A DNA stretch of 64,000 nt from an uncultured Dehalococcoidia bacterium (GTDB taxonomy: Bacteria; Chloroflexota; Dehalococcoidia; Lucifugimonadales; GCA-2712585), in the NCBI GenBank assembly GCA_958295715.1, contig OY282371.1:584133-648132 (forward strand). Reading direction: 5' to 3'. A model generated the notes under the pieces. The model was not told the origin of the DNA. It saw only the letters and a program-made list of their open reading frames with translations, and made no database searches. The translations under genes were made by a program, and so were the position numbers. Below are positions 1-9,825 of the stretch, in pieces (the first letter of the stretch is position 1; each line of letters starts with the position of its first letter).

Positions 1-146
1 GCGCCGCCATGCTCCCCTACTCGGAGTTGGAGTACAGCGGGTTCCGCGACACGGTGGAGGGCCTGGAGCGGCGCTTCTCCTTCAGGGACAGCAACGGCAG
101 ATATCCCGTGGGGGAGGGCGCGCCCTCCGAAGCCAGGGCCTCATAG
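1..146 (+). CDS. C-terminal end of an unidentified protein (partial; begins upstream of window)
   Basis: Frame 3 is open from base 3 to TAG 144-146 (..SELEYSGFRDTVEGLERRFSFRDSNGRYPVGEG..). No family recognised. Co-oriented with rdgB 22 nt downstream. Confidence 0.3.
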   Translation, partial: AAMLPYSELEYSGFRDTVEGLERRFSFRDSNGRYPVGEGAPSEARAS

Positions 147-167
147 CCCGCCCCTCATAACCGCATA

Positions 168-2353
<2,186 letters not shown>

Positions 2354-2354
<1 letters not shown>

Positions 2355-2851
2355 TGACAACTCGCCGCGACCCGGAGGGCCTAACCCACCTGGACAGCCG
2401 AGGACGCGCTCGGATGGTGGACGTCGGCCATAAGCCCGCGACCCACCGGGAGGCTGTGGCCCGTGGCTCACTGGCCATGCGCCCGGAAACCTTGGCCCTC
2501 ATCACCGGCGGCGAAATCCAAAAGGGTGACGTGTTCGCCACCGCGCGACTGGCGGGGATCCTGGCCGCGAAACAGACGCCCCAGCTCATTCCCCTATGTC
2601 ATCCCCTGCCCCTCAACCGCATAACCGTCGATCTGCGACCCGACCCGGCGGGAAGCGCCCTGGAGATTACCGCATCCGTCGCCACCGACGCCAAGACCGG
2701 CGTTGAGATGGAGGCCCTGACCGCCGTGGCCGTGGCCGCCCTCACTGTGTACGACATGTGCAAGTCGGTGGACAGGGAGATGCGGGTCGAGTCCATACGG
2801 CTGGTGAGCAAGCGTGGCGGGCAAAGCGGGGACCTGACCCTGGAAAACTGA
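2354..2851 (+). CDS. moaC: cyclic pyranopterin monophosphate synthase
   Basis: 165 aa with motifs [27 protein letters not shown] and [22 protein letters not shown]. Confidence 0.95.
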
Positions 2852-2924
2852 TTGACACCGTTGGGAAGCCTTGGCTATATTACCCCAAGGAGAGTTCAGG
2901 CGGCTGGCCGGAGCCTCCCCGGGT

Positions 2925-3000
2925 GGCAACGTAGCTCAGGGGTTAGAGCGGGCGCTTCATAAGCGCTAGGTCATAGGTTCAAATCCTATCGTTGCCACCA
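2925..3000 (+). tRNA. tRNA with CAT anticodon (elongator tRNA-Met type; could be tRNA-Ile2 if lysidinylated)
   Basis: 76-nt cloverleaf folded by hand. Acceptor GGCAACG/CGTTGCC, D arm GCTC..GAGC, anticodon stem GGCGC/GCGCT with loop TTCATAA, T arm ATAGG-TTCAAAT-CCTAT, and encoded CCA. The G1-C72 pair argues against an initiator. Confidence 0.9.
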
Positions 3001-3046
3001 CCACTCCGCACCTCAGCGCGGCCGGGCGTTTCGTTTCCTCCCGCTT

Positions 3047-3365
3047 GTCATTCCCACTCCCTCCCCTCCGTCATTCCCGCGCAGGCGGGAAGGGCGCGTG
3101 CGCCCACTTAGTTTTGAAGAGGGTTGGTTCTGCGTTGGGGGCTTCCGAATTCCCGCCCTCCTTCCCGTCATTCCCGCCCCCTCCCCTCCGTCATTCCCGC
3201 AAAGGCGGGAATCCATCCCCTCTTACATCCCAAAACCAACGCCTCAAGGCCCGGCGGCATCCGTAGGAACGTATAAGGGACGCCTGCCGTCTGCCCCACG
3301 AGAGGAAGGAAGATGGATTCCCGCCTTTGCGGGAATGAAGAATAGAGGGATGGGAATGACGGGAA
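3047..3365. repeat. mosaic intergenic repeat block (hairpin ATTCCCGC-N4-GCGGGAAT family)
   Basis: Hairpins at 3073-3092, 3193-3212 and 3317-3336. Half-sites GTCATTCCC at 3047 and 3167, each 23 bp before the next. RS-A module with palindrome GGGCGCGTGCGCCC at 3092-3105 followed by ACTTAGTTTTG. Confidence 0.9.
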
Positions 3366-3472
3366 AAGGGCAGGCAGGGCCAACCCGACATCCCGCCAAC
3401 GACTACAGAGACGCCGAAAACCCTATGAGCAACTCATAGATATCTTCTAACGACTTTTGCTAAAATTGAAGC

Positions 3473-3889
3473 ATGTTCAAGGTAACCATCCCCTTATCAG
3501 TTCTTGGCCTCGTCAGCCTCGCCTTTGGCATCCTTCTACTGGTCACCGGCGCCCTTCTGCTGGGCGTTGTCCTCACCCCCGTGGCGTCCGTCCTGCTTCT
3601 GGCCGCGGCGTTCCTCGTCTTCAGGAGTAGGCGGAAGTCCGCCCCTGCGAAACAGGCGGCGCCCGCCGACGTTCCCCTCAGGTCCCGCACCGACCTCAGC
3701 GGCGCGGATAAGGCCGAGGTCTGGTTGGCCATTCAGACCATGCAGCGACACCACGGCCACTCCGACCTTAAGGGCCTCATCAAAAGCAAGCTGTTGGGCC
3801 ACTCCCTGGACCGCGACGACTGCCAGGTTTGCGGCCTGCCCAGGTTCCAACGAAGCTATCGTTGGCTGGAAGAGGTGATGAACAGGTAG
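3473..3889 (+). CDS. hypothetical membrane protein
   Basis: 138-aa ORF. The N-terminal ~50 aa are strongly hydrophobic (two predicted TM segments, IPLSVLGLVSLAFGILLLVTGALLLGVVLTPVASVLLLAAAFLVF), followed by a basic stretch. No family recognised. Competing overlapping ORFs look like shadow frames. Confidence 0.5.
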   Translation: MFKVTIPLSVLGLVSLAFGILLLVTGALLLGVVLTPVASVLLLAAAFLVFRSRRKSAPAKQAAPADVPLRSRTDLSGADKAEVWLAIQTMQRHHGHSDLKGLIKSKLLGHSLDRDDCQVCGLPRFQRSYRWLEEVMNR

Positions 3890-3917
3890 CCCTTCCCGCC
3901 ATCGTCGAGAGCCAGCC

Positions 3918-4334
3918 ATGCCCTTCCAACAACTCATCGCCGACCTGGCCCGCATAAACAGGATGCTTTTTGTTGTTGGAAGCGGCCCCTGCGTCAGCGA
4001 GATGTACTCCGACGGCAAAACCGCCCCGGAGTTTCAAGGCCAGTGGGCGATGGTGGAGTCCGAAAGCTGGCATCTGCACCTCGACGTGGCCCAGGTCGAG
4101 TCGGCCCAGTTCGTGGAGGCGGAGGACCACGGCGCGCCGCTGCTGTACTACGTCCGTTTCTCCAACCACGACGGGGAAACCCTGCTCCGGGCCTACTTCC
4201 CCAACCCCTACCTGGACGACAACGACAGGCCGGCGGGGTTCCAGCCCAAGAAGCTGGCGGCCTTTGAGGAGCTCCGGGACCGGCACGTGGGCCAGCCGGG
4301 GATAGTATTCGTCAAGAGGCCCAAGACGGCGTAG
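3918..4334 (+). CDS. hypothetical protein
   Basis: 138-aa ORF with GC-rich third codon positions, 28 nt after the preceding gene. No motif identified with certainty. Only a vague, unverified resemblance to ChuX/HutX-like small beta proteins (..WHLHLD..YYVRFSNHDGETLLRAYFPNP..). Confidence 0.55.
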   Translation: MPFQQLIADLARINRMLFVVGSGPCVSEMYSDGKTAPEFQGQWAMVESESWHLHLDVAQVESAQFVEAEDHGAPLLYYVRFSNHDGETLLRAYFPNPYLDDNDRPAGFQPKKLAAFEELRDRHVGQPGIVFVKRPKTA

Positions 4335-4410
4335 GCTCGCCGCCCGCGCCCCCCCTAAGCCGCGCGCCATCCGTGGAGCGTCCCTTGTGGGCGCCTCTCG
4401 CCCCCTCCCC

Positions 4411-5400
4411 CCGCAGGTGTTATCCGTAATGGTTGGATGGTCTGTTCATCTGATGGGGGGAGATGGATTCCTGCCCTACTTTCCGTCATTCCCGCGAAGG
4501 CGGGAAGGGCGCGTGCGCCCACTTAGTTTTGAAGAACGCTGGTTCTGCGTTGACGGCCTTTCTGGATTCCCGCCCTCCTTTGCGTCATTCCCGCGCAGGC
4601 GGGAAGGGCGTGTGCGCCCACTTAGTTTTGAAGAGCGCTGGTTCTGCGTTGACGGCCTTTCTGGATTCCCGCCCTCCTTTGCGTCATTCCCGCAAAGGCG
4701 GGAAGGGCGCGTGCGCCCACTTAGTTTTGAAGAGCGATGGTTCTGGGTTGTGGCGCCCCATCCGTCATTCCCGCGCAGGCGGGAAGGGCGCGTGCGCCCA
4801 CTTAGTTTTGAAGAGCGATGGTTCTGGGTTGTGGCGCCCCATCCGTCATTCCCGCGCAGGCGGGAAGGGCGCGTGCGCCCACTTAGTTTTGAAGAGCGAT
4901 GGTTCTGGGTTGACGGCGCCCCCCATCCGTCATTCCCGCGAAGGCGGGAATCCATCCCATCCCCCGCTGCGCCGGGGGGAGCCGCGCCCCAACACGCGCT
5001 CCCTCCCTCAGGCCCCCATCGCCGCAGGTGTTATCCGTAATGGGTGGATGGTCTGTTCATCTGATGGGATGAGGGAAGATGGATTCCCGCCTTCGCGGGA
5101 ATGACGAGAGGGGGAGGCGTGGGAATGCCGGTGGGAGTGAGCGTGGGAATGACGGATGGGGGAGGCGCGGAATGGCGGTGGGAGTGAGCGCGGAATGCCG
5201 GTGGGGGGGGCGTGGGAATGCCGGTGGGAGTGAGCACCGGAATGCCGGGAAGGGAGAGTAGGGAATGACGGCGGCTGGCGGGCTGGAATCGGGAAGCGCC
5301 CAATGGAGAACCAACGCTCCGCAAAACTAAATGGGCGCACGCGCCCTTCCCGCCTTCGCGGGAATGCCGGTAGGGAGGCGCGCGGAATGCCGGTAGGGGC
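4411..5400. repeat. large composite repeat region (tandem RS-A array plus inverted half-site array)
   Basis: 47-bp direct repeats at 4411-4457 and 5022-5068 flank the array. Hairpins at 5083-5102 and 5346-5365. A reverse-oriented RS-A copy lies at about 5285-5345. Confidence 0.92.
4485..4955 (+). repeat. six-unit tandem array of the RS-A element
   Basis: GTCATTCCCGC starts at 4485, 4584, 4683, 4764, 4845 and 4929, giving spacings of 99, 99, 81, 81 and 84. Each unit is hairpin + GGGCG(C/T)GTGCGCCC + ACTTAGTTTTGAAGA(A/G)CG(C/A)TGGTTCTG. Confidence 0.95.
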
Positions 5401-5406
5401 CGGTGG

Positions 5407-5619
5407 CTACCGGGGCTTGGGCACGTGAGAGGCCCCGCTTGCGATCGGCTCGTTGAAGTAGATGTCGCCGTTGCGAATCTTCAGGTTGAACCCGCAGCTT
5501 GGGTTAGTGCAGACCCAAGCCTTGTAGTGAACGGATGCCCCCTGGCTGCCGTAGTCCGACAGCGGGACCAACTGACCTACGTTGCACTTTAGACATTGTG
5601 GCAGCAGCGCATCTTCCAC
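5407..5619 (-). CDS. small zinc-ribbon protein (hypothetical)
   Basis: 70 aa. GTG start preceded by GGGAGGTGGAG about 7 nt upstream. Two Cys pairs, CLKC ... CTNPSC. GC is lower than in the flanking repeats. Divergent from htpX. Confidence 0.55.
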   Translation of the reverse strand: MEDALLPQCLKCNVGQLVPLSDYGSQGASVHYKAWVCTNPSCGFNLKIRNGDIYFNEPIASGASHVPKPR

Positions 5620-5766
5620 AACTCCACCTCCCGATCCAAATCAGGTTCAGTATAACGCCGGCCTCTCTGGGCCGCCAAGGGCGCGCAATGCGTGTATTGG
5701 CGTGTTTCCGTCTATGGAGGGAACAGGCCCCGCATCCCCGACCTTCTCCAACGCCGCCCGTTCCCG

Positions 5767-5775
5767 TGGTATAAT
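5767..5775 (+). promoter_or_regulatory. extended -10 promoter element (TGGTATAAT) upstream of htpX
   Basis: TGgTATAAT lies 53 nt before the htpX ATG. The same motif recurs at the other putative promoters in this window. Confidence 0.45.
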
Positions 5776-5827
5776 TACCTCACAAACCGAAGCCAAGGGC
5801 GCGTTCCGGAGTGAGGCCAGCACAGCT

Positions 5828-6721
5828 ATGAACACCTTCAAAACCGGGTTTCTGATGATGATTATGGGGGGACTTCTCCTCATCGTCGGGCAGATACTCG
5901 GAGGGTTTCAGGGCCTCATCTTCGCCCTCATCTTCGCCGTGGGGATGAACTTCTTCGCCTACTGGTTCAGCGACAAGCTGGCCCTCCGCATGGCCGGGGC
6001 CCACGAGGTAACGCCGGAGCAGGCCCCGCAACTCCACTCCATCGTCGACGAACAGGTCGCCCGGGCGAGCATCCCCAAGCCCAAGGTCTACATTATAGAG
6101 AACGACTCTCCCAACGCCTTCGCCACCGGGCGCAGCCCGAAGAAGGCCACCATAGCGGCCACGACGGGCATAATCAGCCTGCTTGACCGCCACGAACTGG
6201 GCGGCGTCATTGCCCACGAGTTGGCCCACGTCGGCAACAGGGACACCCTCATCATGACCATGGTGGCGACCATTGCCTCAGCCATCGCAATGGTGGCCTG
6301 GATAGCCAAGTTCTCCCTCATATTCGGGGGGTTCGGCGGGAGGGACCGGGGCGGCGGAGGCGGCTACGGGATGCTTATCGGCATCGGCGGCCTCATCCTT
6401 CTAGCCGTCGTCATGCCCCTGCTGGCCACCCTGGTCCGGCTCGCCATCTCGCGCACCAGGGAGTACCAGGCCGACGCCACCGGGGCCAAGACCTCCGGCG
6501 ATCCGTACTCCCTGGCCAACGGCCTGGAGAAGCTGGACGCCTGGTCGAAGCGCATTCCCATGGAGGCCAACCAGGCCGTTTCCCACATGTACATCGTCGA
6601 ACCCTTTCACGGCCAGACCATGAACTTCCTCAACGGCGAGGGGATGATGCGCCTCTTCTCGACCCACCCGCCCATCGCCGAAAGGGTGAAGCGACTCAGG
6701 AGCATGAGCGTAGGTTGGTAA
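5828..6721 (+). CDS. htpX: zinc metalloprotease HtpX (peptidase M48)
   Basis: The ORF is open from 5582, but the homologous N-terminus MNTFKTGFLMM starts at ATG 5828. HELAHVGNRD (HExxH) motif, four hydrophobic segments, and C-terminal STHPPIAERV. Confidence 0.92.
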   Translation: MNTFKTGFLMMIMGGLLLIVGQILGGFQGLIFALIFAVGMNFFAYWFSDKLALRMAGAHEVTPEQAPQLHSIVDEQVARASIPKPKVYIIENDSPNAFATGRSPKKATIAATTGIISLLDRHELGGVIAHELAHVGNRDTLIMTMVATIASAIAMVAWIAKFSLIFGGFGGRDRGGGGGYGMLIGIGGLILLAVVMPLLATLVRLAISRTREYQADATGAKTSGDPYSLANGLEKLDAWSKRIPMEANQAVSHMYIVEPFHGQTMNFLNGEGMMRLFSTHPPIAERVKRLRSMSVGW

Positions 6722-7662
6722 GCCCGAAAACCGCTCTCGTAACGGGTGGAGCAGGGTTCATCGGCTCCCACCTCGTCGACCGGCTCATCGAGTCGAGCTA
6801 CCGGGTTGTTGTGATGGACAACCTCAAGACGGGTCGGCTGCGGCGTTTGCCGCCGGAGGTCAACTTCCACCACGCCGACGTTAGCAGCGCGGCGGTAGAC
6901 GAGATATTCATTAGGGAAAAGCCCAACGTGGTTTTTCACCTGGCGGCCCAGATAAGCGTGCGGGACTCGATAAGAAACCCCGTACCGGACGCCGAGGCCA
7001 ACATCCTTGGGACCCTGCGGCTCATGCACGCCGCCCGGCGCCACGGGGTGGAAAAGCTGGTCTTCTCCTCCACCGGCGGCGCGCTATACGGCAACCCCGA
7101 CACCCTGCCGTGCAGGGAAGATCACCCCATACGCCCCCTATCCCCCTACGGCCTCGGCAAGTCCGTTGGCGAGATGTACCTTGAGCTGTACCGCCAGACC
7201 TACCGCCTTAACTACGCCGCCCTGCGGTACGGAAACGTGTACGGCCCCCGCCAAGACCCCCAGGGAGAGGCCGGGGTCATCGCCATCTTTTGCATGGCCA
7301 TCCTCGAGAACAAACAGCCGAGGATCTTTGGCGGCGGCGAGCAGCAGAGGGACTTTGTTTACGTGAAGGACGTGGTTGACGCGAACATCCTGGCCCTCAA
7401 CGATGAGGTTGTCGGCCCCTACAACATAGGCTCCGGCGTCGGGACGTCCATCAACCAGATCTACGCGATGCTGGGCAAGGTTCTCAGATATCGCAAGAAG
7501 GCGGTCCACTCTCCCGCCCGGCTCGGCGACGTCCACCGCATCATCCTCGACTCCACAAAGGCCGGCCGCGACATGGGATGGCAGCCCAAGACCGGCCTAG
7601 CCGAGGGGCTGGAACTTACGGCGGCCTACTTCAGGGGAGCCTTGAGAAGGACCCCCGCTTAG
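6715..7662 (+). CDS. NAD-dependent epimerase/dehydratase (UDP-glucose 4-epimerase-like extended SDR)
   Basis: 315 aa with VTGGAGFIGSHLV Rossmann motif and catalytic SPYGLGK (YxxxK). The TTG start overlaps the htpX end. Confidence 0.85.
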   Translation: MVSPKTALVTGGAGFIGSHLVDRLIESSYRVVVMDNLKTGRLRRLPPEVNFHHADVSSAAVDEIFIREKPNVVFHLAAQISVRDSIRNPVPDAEANILGTLRLMHAARRHGVEKLVFSSTGGALYGNPDTLPCREDHPIRPLSPYGLGKSVGEMYLELYRQTYRLNYAALRYGNVYGPRQDPQGEAGVIAIFCMAILENKQPRIFGGGEQQRDFVYVKDVVDANILALNDEVVGPYNIGSGVGTSINQIYAMLGKVLRYRKKAVHSPARLGDVHRIILDSTKAGRDMGWQPKTGLAEGLELTAAYFRGALRRTPA

Positions 7663-7689
7663 TCACAAAAACACGCAGAGGACTGACAT

Positions 7690-8613
7690 ATGGAAGAGTT
7701 TGACGTTATCATTCTCGGCGGCGGCGCCGCGGCCCTCAGCGCGGGGCTATACTCCACCCGCGCCATGCAGAAGACCCTCATATTGGAACGACTGGGTTAT
7801 GGCGGCCAAATCCTCGTCACCGACATGATTGAGAACTACCCCGGCTTCCCCGAAGGCATCCGGGGCCCGGAGCTTTCTACCCTCATGGAGCAGCAGACCC
7901 GCCGGTTCGGCGCCGACATGCGATACGAGGAGGTCCTATCGGTGGAGAAGCTGGACCAGCCCCTCAAGCTGGTCCACACCTCCGAGGCCTCCTACGCTGG
8001 CAAGACCGTTATCATCGCCACCGGAGGTTCCCACAAGAAGCTGGGCGTGCCGGGGGAAGACCAGCTCTCCGGCAAGGGCGTGTCCTACTGCGCGGTATGC
8101 GACGGCAACTTCTTTAGGGGCCAGGACGTTGTTGTCGTTGGCGGCGGCGACGCGGCCCTTGACGAGGGCGGCTACCTCACGGGGCTTGTGAACAAGGTCA
8201 CCGTCATCCACCGCCGCGACCAGCTGCGCGCCAGCAGAATCCTCCAAGAGCGCTCCTTCAACAACCCTAAGATGGAGTTTCTGTGGAGCCACGTGGTGGA
8301 GGAGTTCCAGGGCGGCGTCGAGTTGGAGACGGCCCTGGTCCGGAACCTGAAGACCGCCGAGGTGTACAAGCTCCCCACGGCGGGGGCCTTCATCTACATC
8401 GGCTTCGAATCCAACAGCGGCTTTCTCAAGGGGCACGTGCCGATGGACGAGCTCGGCCACATAGAGACCAACATATCCATGGAGACGGCTATCCCCGGCG
8501 TCTACGCCTGCGGCGACATAAGGGTGAACTCGGACCGGCAGCTGGGCAACGCCGTGGGCGACGGCATCACCGCGGCCCTCTCCGCCTACAGGCACATAAC
8601 CGAAGGCTCCTAA
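7690..8613 (+). CDS. trxB: thioredoxin-disulfide reductase
   Basis: 307 aa with ILGGGAAALSAGLY (FAD), redox-active CAVCDG, and VVGGGDAALDEG (NADPH). Confidence 0.93.
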   Translation: MEEFDVIILGGGAAALSAGLYSTRAMQKTLILERLGYGGQILVTDMIENYPGFPEGIRGPELSTLMEQQTRRFGADMRYEEVLSVEKLDQPLKLVHTSEASYAGKTVIIATGGSHKKLGVPGEDQLSGKGVSYCAVCDGNFFRGQDVVVVGGGDAALDEGGYLTGLVNKVTVIHRRDQLRASRILQERSFNNPKMEFLWSHVVEEFQGGVELETALVRNLKTAEVYKLPTAGAFIYIGFESNSGFLKGHVPMDELGHIETNISMETAIPGVYACGDIRVNSDRQLGNAVGDGITAALSAYRHITEGS

Positions 8614-8680
8614 GCGCGGCTGGCGCCGGCGGGGTCTGGGCGGCATCCTCGCTCACCACCAAACGAGGGATGGCGGCCTC

Positions 8681-8960
8681 CCGTCATTCCCGCGCAGGCG
8701 GGAATCCATCTTTATCCATCTTCCCTCCTCCAATCACATGAACGGACGCTCACCCCACTGCGGGCAGCGGGACGGAGGGACATCCCTTGTGGCCGTCCAC
8801 ACGTGCGACGCTGAGGTTTAAACCTCGGTCTTGGGACAAGGCTTCCTGGATTCCCGCCTGCGCGGGAATGACGAAAAGAGGCGGGAAGACGGTTATGCGC
8901 GGGTATAGTCGGCGGCCACGCCGACCAAGGGGATGGACTCCCGCCTGAGCGGGAAGGGCG
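8681..8960. repeat. mosaic intergenic repeat block
   Basis: Hairpins at 8686-8705 (ATTCCCGCGCAGGCGGGAAT) and 8850-8869 (ATTCCCGCCTGCGCGGGAAT), with a degenerate copy at 8936-8955. They flank a ~145-bp unique RS segment. Confidence 0.85.
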
Positions 8961-8963
8961 GAT

Positions 8964-9001
8964 AAGAAGAGACAGAAAGGGACAGCTGATAGCCGTCCCT
9001 T
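8964..9001 (-). terminator. putative intrinsic terminator of the HesB-like gene
   Basis: On the minus strand, AAGGGAC-11 nt-GTCCCTT (8977-8983 / 8995-9001) is followed by TCTGTCTCTTCTT. Confidence 0.5.
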
Positions 9002-9027
9002 TCCTCAACTCTGTTGTTTAGCTTGGC

Positions 9028-9405
9028 CTAGTGGCTGCCGCAGCCCCCGCTGCCGCATCCACAGCCACCCCCGCCGGCTCCACAGCCGCACCCGCCGCTG
9101 CCGCATCCCCCGGCGGCCGGATAGTCGGGGTTGGTGATGAGGAAACCCACCCGGGTGAAGTCCTCCACGAAATCTATGGTCGCCTTCTCCAAGAAGGGGG
9201 CGCTGTCCGAGTCCACCAAGAACTTGATGCCGCTCCTGTCCAGCGTGGTGTCATCCGGCTGGTCGTCGTTCTCCAGGGTCAGCATGTACTGGACGCCGCC
9301 ATGCTCGTTGGGCAGGGCTATCACCCGCAAGGGCGTGTCCTCCTTCCCCTCCTCCACCAGAACCTCCTTGATCTTCTCCATCGCTATGTCGGTGACCTGC
9401 ATCAT
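9028..9405 (-). CDS. HesB/IscA-like iron-sulfur cluster assembly accessory protein with Cys/Gly-rich C-terminal tail
   Basis: The ORF is open to 9471, but ATGATG at 9405-9400 follows GGAGAA. IscA-like core ..AMEKIKEVL..LRVIAL..GIKFLVDSDSAPFLEKATIDFVEDFTRVGFLITNP.. The tail GGCGSGGCGCGAGGGGCGCGSGGCGSH has 7 Cys. Confidence 0.7.
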   Translation of the reverse strand: MMQVTDIAMEKIKEVLVEEGKEDTPLRVIALPNEHGGVQYMLTLENDDQPDDTTLDRSGIKFLVDSDSAPFLEKATIDFVEDFTRVGFLITNPDYPAAGGCGSGGCGCGAGGGGCGCGSGGCGSH

Positions 9406-9599
9406 TTTGATTCTCCTGACGTCGTATATGCGTGTTCCGCAGGGTTTCACGGTAGCAGGTATAAGGCCCAATTGTCAACGATTGAAGAGGTTGCGCCCGG
9501 TGAACGGCCATTTAATCGAGCCGTGTTTCCCTCCTTCCGACCCGTGGGCGCCAATTTCCCGGACTGCGACGCCAAAGCGCCCTAGACGGTAGCGGGGCG

Positions 9600-9608
9600 T
9601 GGTATAAT
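9600..9608 (+). promoter_or_regulatory. extended -10 element (TGGTATAAT), duplicated copy
   Basis: Exact TGgTATAAT. It is paralogous to the 9907-9915 copy. Confidence 0.4.
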
Positions 9609-9825
9609 TCGTGCCGTATAGCCATGCTCAAGCCCAACGGTCAACCAGCTTGAAGGCCCCAGCCCTCACGGCTTCCTACAACGCCGCCGCCCTCGACTCC
9701 ATCATGGCCCAGGACTACGGCGGCCCCATGGAGGTCATAGTGGCCGACGGCTCGAACTCCCCGGCCACCTCCAAGCTCGTCCGGCGGCATTACCCCTACG
9801 TGCGGCTGGTTCCCAACCCAAATCA

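Noticed and set aside
3013-3439. Several 66-113-aa ORFs on both strands in the 3047-3365 repeat block. Analogous ORFs occur in the other repeat blocks (8712-9008, 11062-11610, 14792-15444, 27265-27885, 53081-53647 and 63711-63998).
   Set aside because: Their translations (..RHSRAGGNPS.., ..VIPAKAGIH.., ..SFPRRRESI..) are the stereotyped products of the hairpin repeat in different frames. The same DNA appears in both orientations.
4485-4955. Possible CRISPR array, given regularly spaced palindromic repeats.
   Set aside because: The intervals between the hairpins are themselves conserved from unit to unit, so there are no unique spacers. The periods of 81-99 bp consist entirely of repeat sequence. 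No cas genes are in the window. The same unit is dispersed singly elsewhere.
4387-5104. Long ORFs of 217, 213 and 159 aa crossing the tandem RS-A array, encoding repetitive peptides such as FPRRREGRVRPLSFEERWF.
   Set aside because: Three frames, two on the plus strand and one on the minus strand, are open simultaneously, simply because the stop-free unit length is a multiple of 3. The same DNA occurs in both orientations in other intergenic regions. There is no RBS or start context. I treat them as non-coding repeat read-through; the caveat is kept in the findings.
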